The translations under genes and the position numbers were made by a program. Below are positions 9,985-19,948 of a stretch of DNA of 64,000 nucleotides, one piece after another; position 1 is the stretch's first letter; every line of letters starts with the position of its first letter. The notes under the pieces are model-generated. The model saw only the letters and a program-made list of their open reading frames with translations. It searched no databases and had not been told where the DNA came from. Source of the DNA: an uncultured Acidobacteriota bacterium (lineage in GTDB: Bacteria; Acidobacteriota; Terriglobia; Acidiferrales; UBA7541); assembly GCA_963789665.1 (NCBI GenBank), contig CAWBLT010000015.1:34445-98444 (forward strand), given 5' to 3'.

Positions 9985-12465
9985 TTGCAAAACACCCATT
10001 TCTTCGAAAATTTGCTGCAGGATATACGCTACGCGATTCGCATGTTGCGCCGCAGCCCGGGCTTCACGGCTACGGCGATCGCCGCGCTGGCGCTGGGCAT
10101 CGGCGCGAACACCGCGATTTTCACCGTCGTCAACACCGTGCTGCTGCAACCGCTTGCGTATCCTCAGCCGGATCGCCTGGTGCAGCTGGAACTAAGCAGC
10201 GCTGAAGGAAATGGAAACGTCACTTCGATTCCGAAGTACATGATCTGGCGTGAACAGACGCAGGTGTTTCAGGATGTGGCGGCCTACGATGAAGGCGGCC
10301 CCGGCGTAAATCTCACGGGCGGCGATCGCCCGGAGCAGCTCAAGGGCGTGCATGTCTCCGCCAGCTTTTTCCAGCTGTTCGGCGCGAACATGGCGGCTGG
10401 GCGTGCGTTTTCCGCGGAAGAAGATCGTCCCGGCGGCGCGCGATTGGTGGTGCTCGGCAACGGATTGTGGCGTCGGCGATTCGCGGCGGATCCTGATGTG
10501 GTAGGCAGAAACATCGAACTCGGCGGCGAACCGTACCTGGTCACTGGAGTGCTTGCCGCAACATTTTCTTCCGACCCGCCCTCGGATATTTACTTGCCGC
10601 TGCAGGCCGATCCCAACAGCACGGACCAGGCGCACTACTTGCGCTCCGCGGCGCGACTGAAGCCCGGCGTCACGCTGGCGCAGGCCCAGGCCGCGATGAA
10701 GCTTGCCGCCGAGCAATATAAGCGAAAGTTTCCCGGCGCGATGGGTCCGCAGGACAGCTTCACTGCGGAGCCGCTGCGCGACACGGTGATTGGCGACGTT
10801 CGCAAGTCGCTGCTGATTTTGCTGGGCGCGGTGGGCATGGTGCTGTTGATCGCCTGCGCCAACGTGGCCAATTTGCTGCTGGTGCGCGCCACCATGCGCA
10901 AACGCGAAATCGCCATTCGCGCGGCGATGGGCGCGGGACGCGGACGCATCATCCGGCAACTTCTCACCGAAAGTGTTCTGCTGTCATTGGGTGGCGGCGC
11001 GTTCGGTCTGATTCTAGGTTATTTCGGCGTGCACGCGCTGCTGACGATCAACCCCGGCAACATTCCTCGAATCGGCGAGCAAGGCGCTGCGATCACTCTC
11101 GATTGGCGGGTACTGGTGTTTACTTTGCTCGTCTCGCTTGCCACTGGAATTTTATTTGGGCTGATACCCGCGTTCAGCGCCTCGCACGCCGATCTGAGTC
11201 TTACATTAAAAGAAAGTGGTTCGCGCTCCGGCAGCGGCCTCAGCCAGAATAAGGCGCGCGCGACTCTCATCGTCACCGAAGTGGCCCTCGCCCTCGTGTT
11301 GCTGGTGGGCGCGGCTTTGCTCATTCGCACGTTCGCAGCACTGCGTGGCGTCAATCCCGGGTTCTCCACGGACAAAATTCTCACGATGCAGATGTCCCTG
11401 ACGGGCACGCGCTTTGAAACCTCCGCCGCCGTCAATCAGCTGGTGCGCGATTCGCAGCGCCGTGTGGAAGGCCTGCCCGGCGTTGTTGCTCTGGCCACGA
11501 CGTGCTGCCTTCCACTCGAAGGCGGCTTCGGGCTTCCGTTCATTATCGAAGGGCGTCCGCTGACTGACGGTCCGGCGCACGGCGGAGCCGGCTATCGCCC
11601 GTTGTCTCCGCGTTACTTTCGACGTGTTCAAAATTCCGCTGCTGCGCGGCCGCATGTTTACGGATCACGATGATGGCGGCGCGCAACCCGTCGTCCTGAT
11701 CAACGAAGGGCATGGCCAAGAAATTCTGGCAGAACGCCGAATCCCGTCGGCCAGCGCATCACCATCGGCAAAGGAGTGGGCCCTGAATTCGAAGAGCCGG
11801 CGCGCGAAATCGTTGGAATTGTGGGAGACGTACGAAACGGCGGGCTCGACAGCGATCCCGAACCGATCATGTACATTCCCGTCGCGCAAATGCCCAACGG
11901 GGTGACGGCGCTCAATAACCGCATCATTCCGATTACCTGGATCGTTCGCACCAAGGTCGAGCCATTCTCACTCAGCACTGAAATTCAGGAGGAACTGCGC
12001 ACCGCGAGCGGCGGCTTGCCGGTCTCGCATATTCGCTCCATGGACCAGGTACGTTCGGAATCCACGCAGCGCACCGATTTCAATATGACGCTGCTGGTGA
12101 TTTTCGCCGGCGTGGCGCTGCTGCTGGCCGCCATCGGCATCTACGGCCTGATGGCATACTCCGTGCAGCTGCGCACGCAGGAAATCGGCATTCGCATGGC
12201 GTTGGGCGCGGGCCCGCAAGACGTGCGCAGGATGGTCGTCAAACAGGGCATGCGCCTGGCGTTGCTGGGAGTTTTCCTCGGTGTGGCAGCGGCTCTCGCG
12301 CTCGCGCGACTGATGGCTAGTCTGTTGTATGGCGTGAAGCCCTGGGATCCCGCGGCGATTATCTCGGTTGCAGTGCTGCTCAGCGCCGTGGCGTTGCTCG
12401 CGACGTATTTTCCCGCGCGGCGCGCTTCGCGCGTGGATCCGATGATCGCGTTGCGCTACGAATAG
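9985..12465 (+). pseudogene. ADOP-family permease with three +1 frameshifts within 125 bp (pseudogene or sequence error)
   Basis: Best start is TTG 9985, 6 nt after AAGGAG 9973-9978; GTG 9967 is the alternative. The homology path runs frame 1 to ...SPRYF, frame 2 for DVFKIPLLRGRMFTDHDDGGAQPVVLINE, frame 0 for MAKKFWQNA, then frame 1 again for (D/N)PVGQRITIGKGVGPEFEE... Read straight through, frame 1 hits TGA at 11671-11673. The tail is SRVDPMIALRYE. Confidence 0.8.
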
Positions 12466-12470
12466 GAGCA

Positions 12471-14897
12471 ATGGTGCGAACTTTATTTCAAGATATTCGC
12501 TACGGCCTGCGCATGATGGCGAAAAATCCCGGCTTCACATTTTTCGTCGTTGCCGTGCTGGCGCTGGGCATCGCGGCCAATACCGCTATCTTCAGCATCG
12601 CGGACGCGGTGCTGGTTCGTCCGCTGCCCTATCGCCAAGCCGATCGCCTGGTAATGGTGTGGGAGGACGCCGCTTCCTACGGGTTTCCTCGCGACACGCC
12701 CGCGGCTGGAAATTTCGCCGACTGGAAAGCGCGCAACCAGGTTTTTGACGATATGGCCGCGTCGTCATACAGTGGTTCATTCAACCTCACCGGCGAAGGC
12801 AACCCCGAGGAAATTCCCGGGGATTTCGTCACCGCGAATCTCTTCTCCGTGCTCGGGGCTCGCCCCGCTCTCGGCCGCGACTTCAGCGCCTCCGACGACG
12901 TTCCGGGAGCGCCGCGGGTGGTGATTTTGAGCCAGGGACTTTTCCTGCGCAGGTTTGGCGGCGATCCTCAGATCATCGGCAAGCAGCTGTGGCTCAATTA
13001 CGAAAAGTACGATGTGATCGGCGTGATGCCGCGCGGTTTCCAATTCCCGGACCGCGATCCCCAGCTTTGGGCACCGGTGCAATTTACAACGGCACAATTG
13101 GCGAACCACGGGAATCATCATCTCCAGGTCGTTGCGCGGCTCAAGCCCGGCGTGTCGCTGAAAGTCGCGAACGCAAACCTGGCAGCCATCGCGAAGCAAT
13201 TGGAGGAAGAGTATCCGTCGTCGAACGCCAAAGTCGGCGCCTACGCCGTCCCGCTGCGCGAAGAACTGGCCGGGAAGACGCGTCCTGCGCTGTTCGTCCT
13301 GCTCGGAGCCGTGTGCTTCGTGCTGCTGATCGCCTGCGCCAACGTGGCCAACCTGCTGCTGGCGCGCGCTTCCGGCAGGCGACGCGAAATTGCCATGCGG
13401 CTGACTCTGGGCGCGAGCCGCTGGCGAATTGCGCGGCAGCTTTTAACTGAAAGCCTTTTGCTCGCCGCGCTTGCGGGAGCGGCCGGATTGATCCTCTCGA
13501 CGTTCATAACGCAGCTGCTGGTGAGTTTGATTCCGGGGGGCATCGCGCCGCTGAACGAATTGGGCGCGAATAGCGATGTTCTTGTTGTCACGCTGGTAAT
13601 TACGGTCGTCTCCGGGCTTCTTTTTGGGATTCTTCCGGCGCTCAAGGTGTCGCGGGTCGATCTAGCGACGTCTTTGAATCAAGGCGGACGCAGCGGCATT
13701 GGGTCGGGGCGCCGCTTGCGTGACGTGCTAGTAGTTTCGGAAGTCGCGCTCGCGCTGGTTCTGCTCGCAGGCGCAGCGCTAATGCTCCGAAGCTTCGAAA
13801 AGTTGTCGCATCTCGATCCGGGATTTCGCGCGGATCACGTCCTGGTGGTGCGTACGCCTTTGCCGCGGCAGAAATACGAAGCATTTGCCTCGCGCGCGGC
13901 TTTCTATAGCGACGTCCTCGCGCGCGTCGCACGCTTGCCCGGCGTAACCGCGGCCGGCTACACCACTTGGGTTCCGCTCACCAATTACGGAGGGGCCACG
14001 AGCATCACCGTTGAAGGCCGGCCGCAGCCTGCGCCCGGTCAATTGCCCATTCCGAATTGCCGCATCGTCAGCGATGACTACATTCGCGCGCTGGGCATGA
14101 AGCTGTTTGACGGGCGCGCTTTCGACGAGCGCGACGGCACCGCGGCGCCACCCGTCGCGCTCATTAACCAGACCATGGCCCGAAATCTGTGGCCTGGAGA
14201 GAACGCCATCGGCAGGCGCTTCAAGCGAGGAAGTTTCGACGAGCCTTCGCCGTGGATCACCATCGTGGGAATTGTGGGCGATGTTCACCAGGCAGGCCTT
14301 GATTCCCCAGCTCGGCCCGAGATGTACTTGCCCTACCTGCAACAGGACTTCGGATTTGAGCCTGAATATCTCGTCGTGCGTACGCCCGGAGATCCGATGA
14401 GCATCGCCGACGCGGTGCGCCAGCGGGTCTGGGCCGTGGATAAGGAGCAGCCTGTCGCGGGCGTGATGCCGCTGGAGGAATTGGTGGACGATACGCTCGC
14501 TCCGCGGAAGATACAAACGGGCTTGCTCGGCGGTTTTGCCGTGCTCGCGCTGCTGCTTGCTGCGCTGGGGATCTATGCAGTGTTGTCCTTCACCGTCACC
14601 CAGCGGACCCAGGAATTTGGCGTGCGCATGGCGCTGGGAGCGCAACCCGGCGATGTGCTGCAGATGGTGGTGTCGCAGGGTACCCGGCTTTTTATTTTGG
14701 GCGCCGTCATCGGATTGGCCGGCGCATTCGGGCTTTCGCGCACTCTGGAGCATTTGCTCTTTGGCATCAGCGCAACCGATCCGCTGTCGTTTGCGATGGT
14801 CACTCTGGTTTTGGCGGGCGTGACTTTGCTGGCCTGTTACTTTCCGGCGCGGCGCGCGATGCGCGTGGATCCGATGATCGCGCTGCGGTACGAGTGA
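12471..14897 (+). CDS. ADOP-family MacB-like ABC transporter permease
   Basis: 808 aa. N-terminus LFQDIRYGLRMMAKNPGFTFFVVAVLALGIAANTAIFS, tail MRVDPMIALRYE. It starts 5 nt after the previous stop, with GGAG just upstream. Confidence 0.93.
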   Translation: MVRTLFQDIRYGLRMMAKNPGFTFFVVAVLALGIAANTAIFSIADAVLVRPLPYRQADRLVMVWEDAASYGFPRDTPAAGNFADWKARNQVFDDMAASSYSGSFNLTGEGNPEEIPGDFVTANLFSVLGARPALGRDFSASDDVPGAPRVVILSQGLFLRRFGGDPQIIGKQLWLNYEKYDVIGVMPRGFQFPDRDPQLWAPVQFTTAQLANHGNHHLQVVARLKPGVSLKVANANLAAIAKQLEEEYPSSNAKVGAYAVPLREELAGKTRPALFVLLGAVCFVLLIACANVANLLLARASGRRREIAMRLTLGASRWRIARQLLTESLLLAALAGAAGLILSTFITQLLVSLIPGGIAPLNELGANSDVLVVTLVITVVSGLLFGILPALKVSRVDLATSLNQGGRSGIGSGRRLRDVLVVSEVALALVLLAGAALMLRSFEKLSHLDPGFRADHVLVVRTPLPRQKYEAFASRAAFYSDVLARVARLPGVTAAGYTTWVPLTNYGGATSITVEGRPQPAPGQLPIPNCRIVSDDYIRALGMKLFDGRAFDERDGTAAPPVALINQTMARNLWPGENAIGRRFKRGSFDEPSPWITIVGIVGDVHQAGLDSPARPEMYLPYLQQDFGFEPEYLVVRTPGDPMSIADAVRQRVWAVDKEQPVAGVMPLEELVDDTLAPRKIQTGLLGGFAVLALLLAALGIYAVLSFTVTQRTQEFGVRMALGAQPGDVLQMVVSQGTRLFILGAVIGLAGAFGLSRTLEHLLFGISATDPLSFAMVTLVLAGVTLLACYFPARRAMRVDPMIALRYE

Positions 14898-15028
14898 CCG
14901 GCGCAAACAAAGGGAAGTCCGGGCGACGACACGCGCGGCGCATGGTATGGATTGGCCTGAGAGGTGGACATCAAGTGACGACGCAGTAAAATAGCCTGTC
15001 ACTTGGACGCTTCTTGGGGGCGAAAATT

Positions 15029-17488
15029 ATGGACACACTCTGGCAGGATTTACGTTATGGCGCGCGCATGCTGCGGCGAAACCCAGGTTTCGCGGCCGTT
15101 GCCATTCTGACGCTGGCGATCGGGATCGGGGCGAACATTGTGATTTTCAGCGTGGTCAATGGAATTTTGCTGAAACCGCTGCCGTTTCCGGAATCCCGTC
15201 GCGTCGTCACCATATGGGAGACGGACGCGAACCGCAACCTCACGCGCGGCACCGCTTCGGCCGCGGAATTCCTGGATTGGCGCGACATGAATCACGTTTT
15301 CCAGGAACTGTCGGCCTCCCGCGCGCTGTCTTTCGCGATTACGGGCAGCGGCGATCCCGAACAGGTCTGGGGTTCGCAAGTATCCGGGAATTTCTTTCGC
15401 CTGTTGCGCGTCGCTCCAATAATCGGCCGGGATTTTACGTCCGACGATGAACAGCCCGGTCATGAGCAAGTAGTCCTCTTGGGTTACGGATTGTGGCAGC
15501 GCCGCTATGGGGGTGATGCCGAAATTCTGGGCAAGACGATTCTGCTGGGTGAAAAGCCATTCACCGTGATCGGAGTCTTGCCGCGCAACTTCTCTCTTTA
15601 CGGCACACTGCCGGATTTCGAACTGTGGAAGCCATTCGCATTCGATCGCAGCCAACTCGATCGCGAAGATCACGAACTGGTAATTTTCGCGCGGCTCAAA
15701 GACGGCGTGCTGCTCTCCCAGGCCAACGCCGAAATGATCACCATTCAGGAGCAACTCAAAAAACAGTATCCAGCGTTCGACCAGAAGAATGGAATTCGCG
15801 TGGTCGGTTTCCACGATGAACTCGTCAGCACGCTCCGTCCCGGCCTGCTGCTTCTGCTGGCCGCCGTGGCATTTGTCTTGCTGATCGCTTGCGCGAATGT
15901 GGCGAACCTGATGCTCGCGCGCGCCGCCGTCCGCGAACGTGAAATCGCGCTACGCATTTCTCTGGGCGCGAGGCGGCAGAGAATTTTCCGGCAACTGCTG
16001 ACGGAAAGCGCGCTCCTGTCCCTGATCGGCGCGGCCATCGGTATTTTGTTCGCTTACGGCGGTATCCACATCGTGCGCGATGCCGTCATCTCCGGACAAG
16101 GCACGCGCATTCCTCACCCGGAATGGATTGCCATTGATGCCACGGTGCTGGGGTTCACGGTCCTGGTCGCTCTGGCCACTGGAATACTTTTTGGCTTTGC
16201 GCCGGCAATTCAGATTTCGCGCTCCGCCTTGTTCGAATCGCTGAAGGAAGGAAGCCGCGGCTCGACGGCCGGACGCCACAGCCAGCTGGCGCGTTCCGTG
16301 CTGGTCGTCTCCGAAGTGGCTTTTTCGCTCATGCTGCTGGTGGGAGCAGGCCTGCTGGTGCGCAGCTTCGCGCTGATGTTGGCCGAGCCGTTGGGATTCG
16401 ATCCCGAAAATTTATTGACCGCCCAAATGCTTCTGCCCGATTTGCGCTACGTGGACGGTCCGCGCATCTCGAATTTCTATCAGGCCGTCATAGAACACGT
16501 GAATGCAATCCCGGGCGTGAACTCGGCCAGCGCCGCCAATTTTCTGCCCTTAACCCGCTGGAGCGCGTTTTGCGATTTCGATATCGCCGGCCGCGCGGCT
16601 CCGCCCTCGGGTGAGCATTTCACGGCTCAATACCGCGTCGCGGACTGGCGCTATTTATCCACCATGGATGTTCCGGTGAAGGAAGGCCGCAACTTCACTT
16701 CTGACGACGGGTCCGATTCGCAGGGCGTCGCGCTCGTCAATGAAGCCCTCGCGCGCCGCTATTGGCCCAACGCGGATCCCGTCGGCCAGCAGATCCGCCT
16801 GATCTTTAACGCGACCAGGACTCCTTGGGAGCCCATCCCACGCCAGGGCTGGGTCACAATTGTAGGAGTCGTCGGCGACATCAAGGACTGGGCTTGGTCC
16901 GAACCGAAATCCGGGCAGCTTTATTTGCCGGCAACGCAGAATCCTTCGCGGCTGATGAGCCTGGTGGTGCGCTCTCGCGTGGATCGCGCGCAATTAACCG
17001 CCGCTGTGCGCCACGCCGTCGAAACCGTAGATCCGAATCAGCCCATCACCGATGCGAAGATGATGGAAGACTATCTCGCGGTGGCTTTCTCGCAGCGCCG
17101 TCTGAATATGTCGCTGCTGGCATTTTTCGCGGTGGTGGCCGCGCTGCTCGCAGCCATCGGGATTTATGGAGTGATGGGCTACGCCGTCACGCAGCGCTCG
17201 CACGAAATCGGCATTCGCATGGCCCTGGGCGCCGAACCAGGCGACGTGCTGCGCATGATCGTCGGCGACGGGATGAAACTGGCGTTACTGGGCCTGGTGA
17301 TCGGGATCACGGCTTCGCTGCTGCTGATGAAATATCTGGAGAGCCAGCTTTACGGCGTCAAGGCCCGCGACCCGCTCACCTTCATCGCTGTGGCGGCCGG
17401 ACTGGCGCTGGTGGCGCTGGCCGCCTGCTATTTTCCGGCGCGGCGCGCCACGAAAGTGGATCCATTAGTAGCGTTACGCTACGAGTGA
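15029..17488 (+). CDS. ADOP-family MacB-like ABC transporter permease
   Basis: ATG 15029 (MDTLWQDLRYGARMLRRNPGF) is preferred over TTG 15014. A GGGGG run lies 8 nt upstream. The tail is TKVDPLVALRYE. Confidence 0.92.
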   Translation: MDTLWQDLRYGARMLRRNPGFAAVAILTLAIGIGANIVIFSVVNGILLKPLPFPESRRVVTIWETDANRNLTRGTASAAEFLDWRDMNHVFQELSASRALSFAITGSGDPEQVWGSQVSGNFFRLLRVAPIIGRDFTSDDEQPGHEQVVLLGYGLWQRRYGGDAEILGKTILLGEKPFTVIGVLPRNFSLYGTLPDFELWKPFAFDRSQLDREDHELVIFARLKDGVLLSQANAEMITIQEQLKKQYPAFDQKNGIRVVGFHDELVSTLRPGLLLLLAAVAFVLLIACANVANLMLARAAVREREIALRISLGARRQRIFRQLLTESALLSLIGAAIGILFAYGGIHIVRDAVISGQGTRIPHPEWIAIDATVLGFTVLVALATGILFGFAPAIQISRSALFESLKEGSRGSTAGRHSQLARSVLVVSEVAFSLMLLVGAGLLVRSFALMLAEPLGFDPENLLTAQMLLPDLRYVDGPRISNFYQAVIEHVNAIPGVNSASAANFLPLTRWSAFCDFDIAGRAAPPSGEHFTAQYRVADWRYLSTMDVPVKEGRNFTSDDGSDSQGVALVNEALARRYWPNADPVGQQIRLIFNATRTPWEPIPRQGWVTIVGVVGDIKDWAWSEPKSGQLYLPATQNPSRLMSLVVRSRVDRAQLTAAVRHAVETVDPNQPITDAKMMEDYLAVAFSQRRLNMSLLAFFAVVAALLAAIGIYGVMGYAVTQRSHEIGIRMALGAEPGDVLRMIVGDGMKLALLGLVIGITASLLLMKYLESQLYGVKARDPLTFIAVAAGLALVALAACYFPARRATKVDPLVALRYE

Positions 17489-17497
17489 GGAGGTTGG

Positions 17498-19939
17498 ATG
17501 GGTGCTTTTCTACAGGACGTGAAATACGGCGTGCGCGTGCTGGCGAAGAATCCCGGGTTCACAATCGTCGCTGTGGTCACGCTTGCTCTGGGCATCGGCG
17601 CGAATACCGCCATGTTCAGCGCCGTAAATGGAATTTTGCTCCGTCCGCTGCCCTATAAAGATTCCAGCCGGCTCGTGGACGTCTGGGGAAACTCAGCAAA
17701 CTATCCCGGATTCCGCATGACCCTCTCCCTGCCGGAGTTCAACGATGTCAAAGCGCAAAGCCAATCTTTCGAAAGCATCGCTTCGTACCATCTTAACGAG
17801 ATGAGCTGGACGGGGCACGGTGACCCCGAAGTCGTTTCGGTCACTGAGATTTCGCGAGACGTCTTTGCGACCTTGGGAGTCTCACCGGTTCGCGGACGGG
17901 CATTTACTGCCGACGAGGAAGTTCCCGGCAAAGACCATGTGGTGATTTTGAGTGACGCCTTGTGGAAGGCTCGTTTTGACGGCGAAACGGCTGTTCTCGG
18001 GAAGACAATTACGCTCGATGGCTCAACTTATACGGTTGTCGGAATTATGGCGCAGGGATTTCAATTTCAAAGTGATGACGACGATTTACCGCAGGTATGG
18101 AAGCCTCTCGCCCCGTCCGCCAAAATCGCCGCAGGACGCACGCAGCGCCAAGCTCTCGTGATTGCTCGCTTGCGACGTGGCGCCAGTCTCCAGCGGGCTC
18201 AGGCGGAAGTGCAAACCATTGCCGCGCGCATGGACAAAGCCTATCCCAAGGAAGACGAAGGTCAGGGTTTGTTCCTAACCACGATGAAACAGGGCGTTGT
18301 GGCCGAGGTTCGGCCCGCGCTGCTAATTCTTCTCGCTGCCGTCGGCTTCGTCCTGCTGATAGCCTGCGTGAATGTCGCCAACTTGTTTCTAGCGCGCAGT
18401 TGGAAACGCAGACGCGAAATCGCGGTTCGCGCCGCGCTCGGCGCCACGCGCGCCCGGCTTATCCGCCAGTTGCTGGTGGAGAGCGTCCTTCTGGCGATTG
18501 CAGGAGGGTTGGCAGGGCTCGCGGTCGGAACTTGGGGCGTTGACATTATGCGCAGGTTCGCTCCGGCCGATACGCCGCGCCTCGCGGAGATCGGTCTTGA
18601 CTACACGGTGTTCTGGTTCACTTTGGCTGTCTCCATCCTGACGGGAATCGCATTTGGACTTGCTCCCGCGTTGCACGCTTCCCGGCTGGATCTCAACGCC
18701 ACGCTGAAAGATGGCGTGGCAATTTCAGGATCGAGTAACGGCCTGCGCGGGCATCATCGCCTTCGTTCGTTGCTGGTGGTTAGTGAAGTCGCTCTAGCGG
18801 TGGTGCTGCTCGTCGGCGCCGCTCTCATGCTGAAGAGCTTCTCACGCTTGACTCACTCCAACCCGGGCTTTCGTACAGACCATGCGCTCACAGCTGAAAT
18901 CTCGCTTCCCACGGCAAAATACAACTCCGAGGAAGAGCAGCGTGAATTTTTCGACGGCCTGTTGAGCCGCATCCGGCGTCTGCCGGGCGTGCAAAGCGCG
19001 GCTCTGATGACGATGCCCTTCCTGGGCGACTACTTGAGCATGACGGAGTTTTCCATCGAAGGTAAACCCGCGAAAGATCCAAGTTACGAACCATATTTCG
19101 AAATGGAAGCGATCAGCCCGGACTATTTTCAGGCCGCTGGCATTCCTCTGCTCGCGGGGCGTACGTTCTCCGAGAGTGACACCAAAGACAGTCCCGGCGT
19201 CGTAATCGTGAACGAAACACTGGCGCGGCGTTATTGGCCCGCAGGCCAGGCGATTGGTAAACGCTTGAGCCGGGAAACCGACAAGGACGGGCACCCTCTT
19301 TGGTTGGAGGTCGTCGCGATTGCCAGGGATACGCGCGACGTAAATCTCATGACGCTTCCCAAGGCGGAGATCTATCTTCCGTCTTCGCAAGCCGCTTCGG
19401 CGTCCATGAACATTCTGGTGCGTGCCAAGAGTGATGCCAGCGTGCTGGAGCCTGCGATCCGCGATGCGGTTTGGGCTATCGATCGCGATCAACCAGTTCA
19501 ATCGATCGCGACGCTCGAGGAAGCCGTGGCGCGCTCCGAGGCCGAACCACGATTCCACACAATACTGCTCGGGGTCTTTGCCGCGCTGGGCCTGACGATA
19601 ACGCTGGTCGGAATTTACGGTGTGATTTCCTATTCCGTCAGCCAACGTACGCGCGAGATCGGAATCCGCATGGCGCTGGGCGCGCAATCGCGCGACGTGC
19701 TGCGCCAAGTGTTGCGGGAGGGCATGAAGCTGGCGCTCGCGGGTCTAGCGATCGGAATTATCGCTGCGTTAGCGCTCACGCGCGTGCTGGCGTCGCTGCT
19801 ATTCGAAGTTCGCGCGACGGATCCCGCGACGTTTGTGATGGTCGCCAGCTTACTCGCCTGCGTCGCATTCGCTGCATGCTATCTACCTGCGCGGCGCGCC
19901 ACGAAAGTGGATCCGTTGGTGGCGCTGCGCTATGAATGA
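17498..19939 (+). CDS. ADOP-family MacB-like ABC transporter permease
   Basis: 813 aa. N-terminus MGAFLQDVKYGVRVLAKNPGF, tail TKVDPLVALRYE. GAGGAGG overlaps the previous stop. Confidence 0.93.
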   Translation: MGAFLQDVKYGVRVLAKNPGFTIVAVVTLALGIGANTAMFSAVNGILLRPLPYKDSSRLVDVWGNSANYPGFRMTLSLPEFNDVKAQSQSFESIASYHLNEMSWTGHGDPEVVSVTEISRDVFATLGVSPVRGRAFTADEEVPGKDHVVILSDALWKARFDGETAVLGKTITLDGSTYTVVGIMAQGFQFQSDDDDLPQVWKPLAPSAKIAAGRTQRQALVIARLRRGASLQRAQAEVQTIAARMDKAYPKEDEGQGLFLTTMKQGVVAEVRPALLILLAAVGFVLLIACVNVANLFLARSWKRRREIAVRAALGATRARLIRQLLVESVLLAIAGGLAGLAVGTWGVDIMRRFAPADTPRLAEIGLDYTVFWFTLAVSILTGIAFGLAPALHASRLDLNATLKDGVAISGSSNGLRGHHRLRSLLVVSEVALAVVLLVGAALMLKSFSRLTHSNPGFRTDHALTAEISLPTAKYNSEEEQREFFDGLLSRIRRLPGVQSAALMTMPFLGDYLSMTEFSIEGKPAKDPSYEPYFEMEAISPDYFQAAGIPLLAGRTFSESDTKDSPGVVIVNETLARRYWPAGQAIGKRLSRETDKDGHPLWLEVVAIARDTRDVNLMTLPKAEIYLPSSQAASASMNILVRAKSDASVLEPAIRDAVWAIDRDQPVQSIATLEEAVARSEAEPRFHTILLGVFAALGLTITLVGIYGVISYSVSQRTREIGIRMALGAQSRDVLRQVLREGMKLALAGLAIGIIAALALTRVLASLLFEVRATDPATFVMVASLLACVAFAACYLPARRATKVDPLVALRYE

Positions 19940-19948
19940 GGAAACCAC

